DNA of 64,000 nt, taken from IMG/VR virus record IMGVR_UViG_3300050159_000048; one strand, given 5' to 3'. A program made the translations under genes and the position numbers. The notes under the pieces were generated by a model. The model made no database searches, was not told where the DNA came from, and saw nothing but the letters and a program-made list of their open reading frames with translations. Shown in pieces: positions 28,769-38,802 of the stretch. Every line of letters begins with the position of its first letter. Position 1 is the stretch's first letter. The DNA comes from a virus (lineage: Duplodnaviria; Caudoviricetes).

Positions 28769-28811
28769 TACCCTCTCATAAATATCCATGAACATAGCAT
28801 ATGAGAGGGTA
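28769..28811 (+). promoter_or_regulatory. RBS-sequestering hairpin overlapping late promoter CATAAATA (28777-28784)
   Basis: 12-bp perfect inverted repeat TACCCTCTCATA/TATGAGAGGGTA just before GTG 28817. Confidence 0.75.
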
Positions 28812-28816
28812 ATCCC

Positions 28817-31800
28817 GTGTCCAATCAGTCTGACCACAAGAAGCCATCGCTTGACATTACTACACTACTGCCTGAAGTATACCAGTCAGAGGTAGGAGAC
28901 GGCGTATTCAAGAACGCCTTCAATCGTCACCTAACAAAGGACGACACGTCGCGTGTTGCTGGTTTTGTGGGTACTGCAAACCCGAGCGCCCTTGTTGATC
29001 GTCAGATCAAGGAGGCGGACGCGCACCGTCAAGCATTCCAACTAGCTCCCACTATGATTTCAACGGTGGGAACTCAAACATCCACATTGTCATTTAAGGC
29101 ATTCCTCCGTCAACTATCCTTGATGGGTATTGATATTGACCGCATGGATGATTGGGCTGCAACAGAACAGTTCAACTGGGTACCTCCCGTCAACGTTGAC
29201 ATGTTGGTCAACTATCAAGACTACTTCTGGAAACCTGCTAGCGCTAACGATGCCCCACAATACTTCACGGTAGAAAACCGGTGTAACAAGGCACAAAGCC
29301 GCGTCCAATCATATCAACAAGTTCTGAACATCCGTGGAGATGCCTTCGTTGTTACCAGCATGAGCTTCGCCACTAACACCCTGAACATTGCGGGTCGTTA
29401 CGATGACGTGTTCAGCACAGGTTTTGATTTCTACACCAAGGATTCCAACAACGTCAATTTCCGCAACAAGTTCTGGACGGTTGAATCATCGTCGTATGAT
29501 ATCAGCACTAACACAACAGCGATTGTTGTACTGGAGCCAATGGCAACAAGCAGTGAAACTGCTCCTCTACAGCCTCGGGTTGACCAGCTGTGGTACGTGC
29601 CGTCGACAGCACAAATGTTCACGTGGACAGGATCTGCGTGGGTTGCCGCTGCTCAATCATACACTATCTCAATCTCACTTGAAGAGCAGCTCACTGTATA
29701 CCAAGCCGAAGCTAATTGCATTTGTAACCAGACTTCTGGTTGGGACACAGCAGCATGGGATGACAATAGTTCCACCGGTACCTCATGGACTGTTGCTTGG
29801 CTGCAAGGTATCTCGTTCAACACCGCTTTACAGTGGGTCGCTACCAACGGTCAACCGGTAAACGGATCACAGTGGTATAACACAACAACCGATGAGTTGT
29901 TGACATACAGCACTGCATCCAATGGTTGGGAACCTGCGCAGCTTGGTCTGTCGCAATTGATCGACCGCCTTAACGGTAAAGCTCTGTGGGACATGACTCA
30001 GGGATGTGAGAGTCAACGCCATACTCAATGGTCTGACAACAATCGCTGGATTCACAAATCTCAAGTGCAGTCATATGCGGACGTGCGCCGAGCTCAGCTA
30101 CCAATCTTGGAATACTCTAGCCGCATTGAGTTGAATCAATGGTCACATTTCAACTACGTGTGGAAATACCGCAGCTCGACGGACGATGCATTCGCAACAT
30201 CCGACTACCGTCCAAGCCGACTGGAGCTGGAACCTATCAAGGGATATTTTGCCGTTAGTATTGGTGGAGCTTGGTACATCTACCTAAGCAACAACGTCAG
30301 CCAGATGGACGTGGACATTGACTACACCAGCACCTTTACTTCGGGGTATCGCTTCCGTGTAACCGACGACTCGCTTGTGTCGCAGGTATACACCGTCGAA
30401 TCTAGCGAGTACCGTCAAGTATCACCATCCGAAGCAGCACACGCAGTGATCCAAGACACGTTTGCCACAGTGATTAAGCTGGTTGAAACCACGTTCACCA
30501 GCTCCGTAACTGGCGGCGGTTCCGCCCACGCCCGTATCGAACCGATGCGCACATCGCGTGGCGACGGCTGGCGCGGTTATCATGTTCACTGGGTGCTAAA
30601 CGACACAGCTACAACGACAACAGCTACGAGCAATGCGTCGGTGAATCCTCGGTTGCAAACATCGCTGGATAGTGAAATCACACCGGTGTCTACATCAACG
30701 CTATCAGCTCACTTTGATACAGGTCAAGCATTTCAACCAGCCAACTTGCCTATTGAAATTGGTTCACTGCATCAAACTGTGTTCGTCGGCACCTCCCCAA
30801 TTTCACGCATCGACTTGCTGGATAAGTTCCGTTACCAACCCTCTCTAGCTGCCGTATACGCTGCTCCCAACACAAACAACCTGCGAGTCTACGTCAATGA
30901 CGTACGTCAGTTCAACACTTACACGGAAGTTGTGGGCGTTAGCACTCGTGACGTAACGGTCATTGGTAACGTTGCAAACACCACAGGCACCGTTGTTGAA
31001 TATGTGCAAGCTGTTGAGTTCACTCACCCGCTACAACCTTTGGATCAAGTTCGTATTGAAGTTGGCCCTGCTGCTTTGTCGGAGATGGGTTGGTCGCACG
31101 TCCCTGTTCGCACAATTGAGGATGAAACTCAGTTTGCTGTTGCCGTTAACAATGGCACTCAACCAGAATATCGTTCAATGGTCTCGATCCGTAAGATCGA
31201 ACAGGTGAAGAGCATCACCAACCAATACCCACTGTTCAACGCATATGATGTTGTGACGGGTGAAGTTGTTGACGCAAACCCCCTGTTTGCTTTCCACGAG
31301 GATGCATCCTTCTACGTCAACACGTCAGTTGACCGCCGCATTTCTGTATCTACAGACGGGAAGGAGTTTGAATTTGAACAGTACTTGGTTGAGGATGATG
31401 ACGGCCAAATCTACGGATACCGCCAAGGCCCGGTTACCGTAGAGTACTGGTTCAACCCAACCACCAGTGTGCTGAAGGCTTGGAAAAATGGCGGTTGGGT
31501 CACTAAGCTACCCGTACCACTGGCGCTGGGCGTTGTGTCGTACGTCACACCCACCATTGCCACCATAGCACCCGCAGCGGTCGACGGTGCTGTTTGGTAC
31601 CACCCTACAACAAACGTGTTGCGTGTTCGCTCGAACAACCTGTGGACAGTAATTCCTGGCGTGCTGGCGTCGGAGACAGACCCAACAATCACCACAATTT
31701 GGCGGAAGGACGATACAGCGATGTACGTCCCGCAGTACCTTGACAAGGATGGTAACGAGGTTACTATTGGATCCGCTGATGGTGATTGGGGCATTGTTGA

Positions 31801-34800
31801 TCAATGGCGTTACAACCCACAGCATGAGAACAAACGTACGGTTAAGTATTCGGAAGTTGTGACACACTTCAACACATTCCTCAATAGCCAAGATAAGATC
31901 CCTGGTCTGTTGAATGGTGGCGTGTACACAATGACTCAGGAAGACTACAACTTCAGTCGCGGTGGTACAATCAAGGAACACAACAACAGCTTCGACACGC
32001 TGGTGTCAGCTGTTAACGTAACCAATATTACGCCTGTTGGCGTAATTGACTTCGCTAGTGACGAATACGCAACAAACCTGCTAATGATGCGTGAGGCGTT
32101 CACTAAGCAAGTGGTTTCGCTACTGACTGCACACACCCCCGACTCGTTGGTCGGGCTGTCTGACTACGTCGCTAAGCAAATCATCGCCAGCCACGAATCG
32201 AACGACTTCATCGCTCAAATCTACGGCGATTCGCACGCATATGACGAAAGCACAGGCGCTGGCGTTCGCAACTGGGTTGCCACAGCTCCCATGTTTGGAC
32301 TAGCTCCCAAGTATCGCCCTCACCTGAACGTGTTTGACAACCAAGTTCAGCTGTTCCACCACGACGGTCACCGCTCCGCCATCACATATCCTGTAGCTGA
32401 ACAAGACCGTTACTCACGCTTGGTGTGCGCTGCAACAGATACTCGCGGAGGTACCGTCGGTCTCGTGAAGACAACTACACCACCGTCAACATTCTCGGCA
32501 TTTGTATCAGAATATGGCTTCGACGTGCGTCCAGGAGCATACTGGTATCGTGTTGGTGGTGGCGTACGTCAACTGTACCGTCTGTCAGCCTTGACCGTAT
32601 CCGCAACTGCTCCGTCATTGTATGACTCAAGTGGTGTAGAAATCCCTGACGGAACTCTGTACTACAACTTCGGATCTGGCTACGTGTTCCGCAAGGCTGG
32701 GCTAGCTTGGGTGCAAGCATCAACAACCCCGAATGATATTTCAATGCTGTGGGAGTTGGTGAACTTCGTTGAAATCATTGGTAACCTGTTCCTCACACTG
32801 GAGCAGCGTCTGTACGACGTTACCCCTGACGCGGGCATGGTGTATGATTTTAGTCAGTTGTACTCGACAGCTCCCAAGGCTGCTCTATACCAAGCTGCAA
32901 TGCGCAAACGGTTCGACGCATACATTGCTAAAACTAACACACAAACTCCGTTCATTAACACAACCTACGTGGCCGCAAATGCGTTTACGTGGAACTACAC
33001 ATCGTCCTCTATCACAACTCCGCCAACCAACAAGACACCGAAGCAGGTTGCGTGTTGGCAAGCTCTGTACAACCACTGGTACGGCACTCCGTATCCCCAC
33101 GTTGAGCCTTGGAAGTTGCAAGGATTTGGTGATAAACCAACGTGGTGGGATAGTGAGTATGCTGATGTTACAGGCGCTCGCCGTTGGGTGTATGATCACA
33201 CAACCACCACTGGTATGTGGGAGAATATTCGTATTGGTCGTGTTCCTGCTGGCCGTACATATCCGTCTGGTGTTGTAAGCACGGGCAATGCAGCTACGGA
33301 CGGAGTAACACTACCAACGTATGCATACTTCTCCGTAAACATTTCTAACACCACACTGGCTGGTGGATACGGCCCTGACTCTCTCCTGCCTCCGTATTAC
33401 GACACGTCCGCTATTGCTGCGACCATGCCGACTGTACGCTCACTGTACAATCTGTTTGTGACAGAAATTGGCGTAACTGACGCTGACTATGCATACGGTG
33501 ACGTTGGGCCAGCTGAGTGGGCTTGGATGACTTCCAGCCAATATCCATACAACAACGCCGCTGTAGCATTTGTGCTACAGCCAGTCAAGTTCTTGCATGC
33601 AGCATTTGGTCCGCAGTTTGTCAATGTGAATGGCCTGCAAGTAGAAACCACACTGAACCAAGTATACAGCCACCAAGACGCTCTGTTCCACGGCGATGTG
33701 TATAACACGGATCAGGCATACAAGGTCCGTGGTATCAATCAATGGTATGTCAACTACAACCGCTATTCCGGCTTCGACACAAACGGCGAATTCCGTGCGT
33801 TGTGGGCTGGATGGGTGCCTCAACTAACTTACCAGTTTGGTGGTATTGTTGACACCAGCACTGTTGAACTCAGCAGCAAGTACTACGACGTTATCCCACA
33901 AGACTACTCGATCGTTCTTGCCAACAACGGCGTGATTCGTGATTTGTGGATTGACGCATTTGAAGCTACCCTGCTGACAATCCCGTCCGCTGTTGTTCAG
34001 TACAACAACCAGTCTCAGTGGAAGATTGAGTTGGATAGTCTGGCTACTAACGACCGCACCATTGAGTATTACGGCGTTAAGCAATACGCATTTGATGTCA
34101 ACACAACTACAGGTGTGTGCACAGCATTCCAATACGGCGTTGTTGGCGCATCGTCTGCAGCCCACCGCTTTAGCGTGATGGGTGATGAAACGGCTGTGTT
34201 TACCAAGGATCTGCAGTTCACCATCTCAGGATCGCCTGTGAACGACGGCGTATACACGGTAAGTTCATCGGTGTTTGAACCATCATCTGGCACAACCCGA
34301 ATCAACGTTGTTGAAACCATCGCTGGCTCGATCGCTGGCGGCAGCGCTCGTATCACCACGAAGGCCCTGCCGTGGCAAACGGGTGATGAGATTGTTATCA
34401 CGTCGTCGAAAATTGCTCCTGCGCCTTTGTACTCTGACACTTCGTACTTCTTCATCCGTCTATCGGATAACACATTTAAGTTGGCTGATACTCAGTCGGA
34501 AGCATATGCCGGCACGGCAATCGACCTAACGTCCCGCGGCGACGGTATCCAATATGTTGCGCAAGTTGACTCTGCGTTTAATGTGTTCGGTGGCGCTAGC
34601 AACTCCGGAGAATTGTGGTACCACTTCGCGGTGGATACATCTGACGTCCGCACGTTTACTCCGCCGTATGTTGTCGCAGGCATGCAAAACTTCATCAACA
34701 TCATTGACGGATATGCAGCTCGTCAAAAGGATTTGGGCGTACTACCGAACGTGATTGACGCACAGGACTTCGATCCAAACACTGGTCGTGCAATCAACTG

Positions 34801-37800
34801 GTCCTTGGAAACTGAGCGTTTCATTGATTGGGCGTATGGTCTGCGTCAGTCTCGCATCAGCTTGGCTAACTCACACCCCGTATCAATCAACACCACGGAT
34901 AACACCATGGCGTTCACCACATCCTTCCCTGCGTGGACGACGGGTACCATGGTGGCTGTGACGTCAACGGGTTCGCTTCCAACACCACTACAGGCCAACG
35001 TTCCGTACTTTGCAATCATGACTTCTGACGCTTCTGCGTTCAAGTTGTCAATGTCCAATGACGTAACAGACACAAGTTCATACATCGATCTCACGTCTGC
35101 TGGTAGCGGTACTGTTTCTGTGAGCGTGTATGAGCGTCGTAGCACGTATCCGAAATTTGAACTGAACCCAACTCGTTACAATGCCTGGATTGACACACCG
35201 CTTGGTGTGCTGTCAGACGTGGTAGTAGGCCCGTATACGGACATCCGCGTTCAGCAGACGGTGTTCGATCAGTACAGCCGTCCGATGAGCCCGAGCCAGC
35301 TCGTCGTCTACCGTGATGACAAGCGTAGTCACATTGCCATTAGGCGTGATATGGCTAATGACGTAGATCCGACGTATGGCAACGATGATTACAACAACCT
35401 ACACTTGGGCGGCGGTCACTTCTTCATTGAGAGTTACGAACACTTCCTCGTGTTCAATAACTACACAGTTGGTGGTGCTCTGGTATACGACCCGTTCTTG
35501 GGCATTCAAGCACGTAAGTTCAATCTGGACTACTTCGAGAAACAGGATTACACGCTGCGTCCAACGCTGGGTGGGTACTATCTGTTGAATGGAAAGTTCT
35601 ACCGCAACTTGGAAGGTTCGGCTACGGATACGCAGAACTACTACGACACTCTGGCTCTGTCAGAAGCAACCGATGTTGCTCGCCGCGCGCGCTCCATCTT
35701 GGGGTATCGTGGCCGTCAGAACTTCTTGGATCTGCTGAACATCAACAGCAAGTCCCAATTCCTGTTCTACAAAGGCATGATTCAAACGAAGGGCTCTGTC
35801 AACTCCGTGAACGCCTTCATCAACTCTCGCCGATTTGTCGACGCGCGCGTGGATGAATTCTGGGCTTGGAAGGTCGCAACGTACGGCGATGCTCGTACAA
35901 AAATCTATCCCGAGATCAAACTGTTCGCAACTGATGGACTGCTCGATGACGTCCGCCTGAACTTCTTGGGTGATGGTGAGCTGGTTACAGATGATACAGC
36001 AGTGGAAGCCGCAAAGAACGGCTTTGAGTTGGTATCCTTCAATGACAGCTCGCGTTGGAATCTGTCACCAGAGCAACAGACTGCAATCAAGTCCCCGTTG
36101 TTCCTTGACGCAACGGTAGCTACTACTCAGGTGATGTTCAGTGGACCTACGCGTCCTCACCCAGGGATGGAGCAGACCGTTAACGTTTGGTTTGACACGG
36201 TCAGCAAACAAGCATACACGTATAACGTTGTGCAGCGCCTGTGGAATACCCCAGTAACTGACGGTCGTGTGCAGCAAAGCGTCCTGGACAGCGGTGGTAG
36301 CAATACCAACGTAGTGTATGTGCAGCTGGACCAACCATGCGACACCGTTCGAGTCATCCGTCAAACTGCAACAATACAACAGTTTGACATTCTGACTTGT
36401 GCTAACAATACCATTACTGTGGCTGGCAACATCACAGATACAATTACTGTTGGTATCCCGGTCATCGTTCGTAACACTATCACTAACGACAACACGTACG
36501 AACCTAGCAGCTCGTACTTTGACGGAACCAACACTGTTATTACTGTGCTATTGTCCACCCCGAACGGAACGTCGCCTGTAACGCTGACCAATAGTGTTGG
36601 CGGTGAAATCTTGGCTCAGGACTTCAACAGCTACACCACACAGGTGTTCACTGAGGGTAGCCTGACAAGCGGATATGTTCGAGTGAACTCCGAAGTGTTG
36701 CGATTCCAGCAGACCGGATTTGCTGACATCATTATCGTGTACCTGGTGAACCCAGCAGCATCACAAATCAGTCCAGCAAAACTGATTGATGGCAAGTCAA
36801 ACACAGTAGTGCAGCAACTGCCTTTGTGGGATCCCGCACGCGGCCGCCATTCGGTAATTGCATCGCACAACATCGACCTTTTGTCTGGTATTGATCCTGC
36901 ACGTTACCAGTTTGCACCTAACCCAACCTCGACCACCCAGAACTTCTGGAATACTGCTGAGGTTGGCAAAGTGTGGATGGACACCTCGCACTTGGGCTAC
37001 GTACCGTACTACGACGACATGATCTACCCAACCGTCAATGAGCGGTTGTACTCGTGGGGTAAGTTGGCTCCGTGGAGTTCCGTGCGTGTGTATGAGTGGG
37101 TCAAGTCAACAGTACATCCGTCGGAGTGGGATAATTTGGTGACGAAGCAAGCAGCAAATGCGACAATTCTGCAATCTCAGAAGGTTAGCGGAACACCACG
37201 GTTGTCGGTGTTTAAGCGTGTACGCCAAGCCCATAACGTAACCAGCGTAAGTGTTGCAACCAACACGATTACGGTTGCAGGATACCCATTTGTAGACGGT
37301 ATGCAAGTGTTGTTCGATACCTCAGGAACGATGCCAACGGGCTTGGTCGCAAACACCAAGTACGCTGTTGTTGGTTCCGGCAACACAGTATCGCTGATCG
37401 ACGTTGTTGACGAATCTGAGATCATCATCTCAGATGTTGGCACCGGTCAACTGCGCATGATCCCTGCCTTCCAGTCAACTGACTGGAACACGCAGTACAT
37501 CCTACGTGAGCGTGTTTGCGCGTATCAGTCAAACCACAGCGTGAACGTGATTAACAACACTCCCACCGCTGTGGTAGCTTGGCCAGCTACAACTACCACA
37601 ATTGCGTGGGTTCCTAACGCTCCGGCGGATTGGGTGGTCGGTCTGACCGCTGAGTCAGACCGTGTGTCTGTGTATGTTAACAGCGTTCTCGTTGAAGCTG
37701 ATCTGATCATCACTCCTGACACGGTAGGCGGAACACTGTACTACAGCGTAACCCTGTCGTCCAACTACCAATTGAACGAGCACGATCTGATTGATGTTGT

Positions 37801-38800
37801 TCGCCCCATCCACACCGTTACGGATGATGAGGCGTCATTCGATCCAGATCTAGAAGACGACGGTACTGTAATGATCCAGTGGAAGACAGATTACCAGTAT
37901 AGCACCACTGTGTATTCTGGCACCACAGATGTCACATACTACCACTTTTGGGTTGAAAACTCAACGATGAAGAGCAGCAGCGACAACTCCAGCCTGTCGG
38001 TTTATGAGATCGCCAAACAAATTGAAACAATCCCAACTTCCTACTTTGTTGTGCAGAGCCCTGCGGACAGCACATCTACGTCGCAAATTTACGGATACGG
38101 TTCGTCAAACTACGGTGAGACGTTTGGACCTACATCTGACACGCAGCTAATGAAGATTTCTGTGATGTATCGTCAAGCAATCATTCGAAAGGTTTCAAGC
38201 TACCTAACTGATGACGATCGCTACTTTGTCCGCTTTACGCGCGACTTGACCCTGCGCAATGATCTTCGTGATAACGGCCGCAATATGAACCTCAAGAATG
38301 TTCACCACGAGTGGGTAATGTTCCGCCGCAACCAAATTGACACCATCCCGCGCAAGCTGTGGGATCGTCTAACCGAATCGTTGATGGGCTACACTCTTGC
38401 GGACAGCACCGTTCGTGTTCCATCATTGGAGTATGAGCTGTACGACGCATTATCTGGTACTGACACACGGTACGGTTTGGGCGAAAACCAAACGTTTGTT
38501 AACAGGGCTACGGGGTTGGCTACGGTTCTCGCGTATCTGCGTGATCCAACAAACGACTTTGCACCGATGGATATCAATGCGTTCTTTGCTCAGTACTCGT
38601 TCGATACGCCTGAGAACATTCGTATCGCTATGAATGCCATTTACCTGCATTTTAACGCAAAGCATGTCAATGCTATTTGGTTTGAAACGTTGATGGACGC
38701 ACTAGCTGCAAAGAGTAAATATCATGAACTTATGAAGACTTCCTGGATCGCGCTGCACGGTATTCGTGTGCTCGAAGTTGGCGGTCTATTTGACGATTGA
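28817..38800 (+). CDS. Giant virion structural protein (baseplate wedge/fibre-associated)
   Basis: Uninterrupted 3327-aa ORF following gp6; Trp-rich and T-G-x-L-P repeats. Confidence 0.75.
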   Translation: MSNQSDHKKPSLDITTLLPEVYQSEVGDGVFKNAFNRHLTKDDTSRVAGFVGTANPSALVDRQIKEADAHRQAFQLAPTMISTVGTQTSTLSFKAFLRQLSLMGIDIDRMDDWAATEQFNWVPPVNVDMLVNYQDYFWKPASANDAPQYFTVENRCNKAQSRVQSYQQVLNIRGDAFVVTSMSFATNTLNIAGRYDDVFSTGFDFYTKDSNNVNFRNKFWTVESSSYDISTNTTAIVVLEPMATSSETAPLQPRVDQLWYVPSTAQMFTWTGSAWVAAAQSYTISISLEEQLTVYQAEANCICNQTSGWDTAAWDDNSSTGTSWTVAWLQGISFNTALQWVATNGQPVNGSQWYNTTTDELLTYSTASNGWEPAQLGLSQLIDRLNGKALWDMTQGCESQRHTQWSDNNRWIHKSQVQSYADVRRAQLPILEYSSRIELNQWSHFNYVWKYRSSTDDAFATSDYRPSRLELEPIKGYFAVSIGGAWYIYLSNNVSQMDVDIDYTSTFTSGYRFRVTDDSLVSQVYTVESSEYRQVSPSEAAHAVIQDTFATVIKLVETTFTSSVTGGGSAHARIEPMRTSRGDGWRGYHVHWVLNDTATTTTATSNASVNPRLQTSLDSEITPVSTSTLSAHFDTGQAFQPANLPIEIGSLHQTVFVGTSPISRIDLLDKFRYQPSLAAVYAAPNTNNLRVYVNDVRQFNTYTEVVGVSTRDVTVIGNVANTTGTVVEYVQAVEFTHPLQPLDQVRIEVGPAALSEMGWSHVPVRTIEDETQFAVAVNNGTQPEYRSMVSIRKIEQVKSITNQYPLFNAYDVVTGEVVDANPLFAFHEDASFYVNTSVDRRISVSTDGKEFEFEQYLVEDDDGQIYGYRQGPVTVEYWFNPTTSVLKAWKNGGWVTKLPVPLALGVVSYVTPTIATIAPAAVDGAVWYHPTTNVLRVRSNNLWTVIPGVLASETDPTITTIWRKDDTAMYVPQYLDKDGNEVTIGSADGDWGIVDQWRYNPQHENKRTVKYSEVVTHFNTFLNSQDKIPGLLNGGVYTMTQEDYNFSRGGTIKEHNNSFDTLVSAVNVTNITPVGVIDFASDEYATNLLMMREAFTKQVVSLLTAHTPDSLVGLSDYVAKQIIASHESNDFIAQIYGDSHAYDESTGAGVRNWVATAPMFGLAPKYRPHLNVFDNQVQLFHHDGHRSAITYPVAEQDRYSRLVCAATDTRGGTVGLVKTTTPPSTFSAFVSEYGFDVRPGAYWYRVGGGVRQLYRLSALTVSATAPSLYDSSGVEIPDGTLYYNFGSGYVFRKAGLAWVQASTTPNDISMLWELVNFVEIIGNLFLTLEQRLYDVTPDAGMVYDFSQLYSTAPKAALYQAAMRKRFDAYIAKTNTQTPFINTTYVAANAFTWNYTSSSITTPPTNKTPKQVACWQALYNHWYGTPYPHVEPWKLQGFGDKPTWWDSEYADVTGARRWVYDHTTTTGMWENIRIGRVPAGRTYPSGVVSTGNAATDGVTLPTYAYFSVNISNTTLAGGYGPDSLLPPYYDTSAIAATMPTVRSLYNLFVTEIGVTDADYAYGDVGPAEWAWMTSSQYPYNNAAVAFVLQPVKFLHAAFGPQFVNVNGLQVETTLNQVYSHQDALFHGDVYNTDQAYKVRGINQWYVNYNRYSGFDTNGEFRALWAGWVPQLTYQFGGIVDTSTVELSSKYYDVIPQDYSIVLANNGVIRDLWIDAFEATLLTIPSAVVQYNNQSQWKIELDSLATNDRTIEYYGVKQYAFDVNTTTGVCTAFQYGVVGASSAAHRFSVMGDETAVFTKDLQFTISGSPVNDGVYTVSSSVFEPSSGTTRINVVETIAGSIAGGSARITTKALPWQTGDEIVITSSKIAPAPLYSDTSYFFIRLSDNTFKLADTQSEAYAGTAIDLTSRGDGIQYVAQVDSAFNVFGGASNSGELWYHFAVDTSDVRTFTPPYVVAGMQNFINIIDGYAARQKDLGVLPNVIDAQDFDPNTGRAINWSLETERFIDWAYGLRQSRISLANSHPVSINTTDNTMAFTTSFPAWTTGTMVAVTSTGSLPTPLQANVPYFAIMTSDASAFKLSMSNDVTDTSSYIDLTSAGSGTVSVSVYERRSTYPKFELNPTRYNAWIDTPLGVLSDVVVGPYTDIRVQQTVFDQYSRPMSPSQLVVYRDDKRSHIAIRRDMANDVDPTYGNDDYNNLHLGGGHFFIESYEHFLVFNNYTVGGALVYDPFLGIQARKFNLDYFEKQDYTLRPTLGGYYLLNGKFYRNLEGSATDTQNYYDTLALSEATDVARRARSILGYRGRQNFLDLLNINSKSQFLFYKGMIQTKGSVNSVNAFINSRRFVDARVDEFWAWKVATYGDARTKIYPEIKLFATDGLLDDVRLNFLGDGELVTDDTAVEAAKNGFELVSFNDSSRWNLSPEQQTAIKSPLFLDATVATTQVMFSGPTRPHPGMEQTVNVWFDTVSKQAYTYNVVQRLWNTPVTDGRVQQSVLDSGGSNTNVVYVQLDQPCDTVRVIRQTATIQQFDILTCANNTITVAGNITDTITVGIPVIVRNTITNDNTYEPSSSYFDGTNTVITVLLSTPNGTSPVTLTNSVGGEILAQDFNSYTTQVFTEGSLTSGYVRVNSEVLRFQQTGFADIIIVYLVNPAASQISPAKLIDGKSNTVVQQLPLWDPARGRHSVIASHNIDLLSGIDPARYQFAPNPTSTTQNFWNTAEVGKVWMDTSHLGYVPYYDDMIYPTVNERLYSWGKLAPWSSVRVYEWVKSTVHPSEWDNLVTKQAANATILQSQKVSGTPRLSVFKRVRQAHNVTSVSVATNTITVAGYPFVDGMQVLFDTSGTMPTGLVANTKYAVVGSGNTVSLIDVVDESEIIISDVGTGQLRMIPAFQSTDWNTQYILRERVCAYQSNHSVNVINNTPTAVVAWPATTTTIAWVPNAPADWVVGLTAESDRVSVYVNSVLVEADLIITPDTVGGTLYYSVTLSSNYQLNEHDLIDVVRPIHTVTDDEASFDPDLEDDGTVMIQWKTDYQYSTTVYSGTTDVTYYHFWVENSTMKSSSDNSSLSVYEIAKQIETIPTSYFVVQSPADSTSTSQIYGYGSSNYGETFGPTSDTQLMKISVMYRQAIIRKVSSYLTDDDRYFVRFTRDLTLRNDLRDNGRNMNLKNVHHEWVMFRRNQIDTIPRKLWDRLTESLMGYTLADSTVRVPSLEYELYDALSGTDTRYGLGENQTFVNRATGLATVLAYLRDPTNDFAPMDINAFFAQYSFDTPENIRIAMNAIYLHFNAKHVNAIWFETLMDALAAKSKYHELMKTSWIALHGIRVLEVGGLFDD

Positions 38801-38802
38801 TT

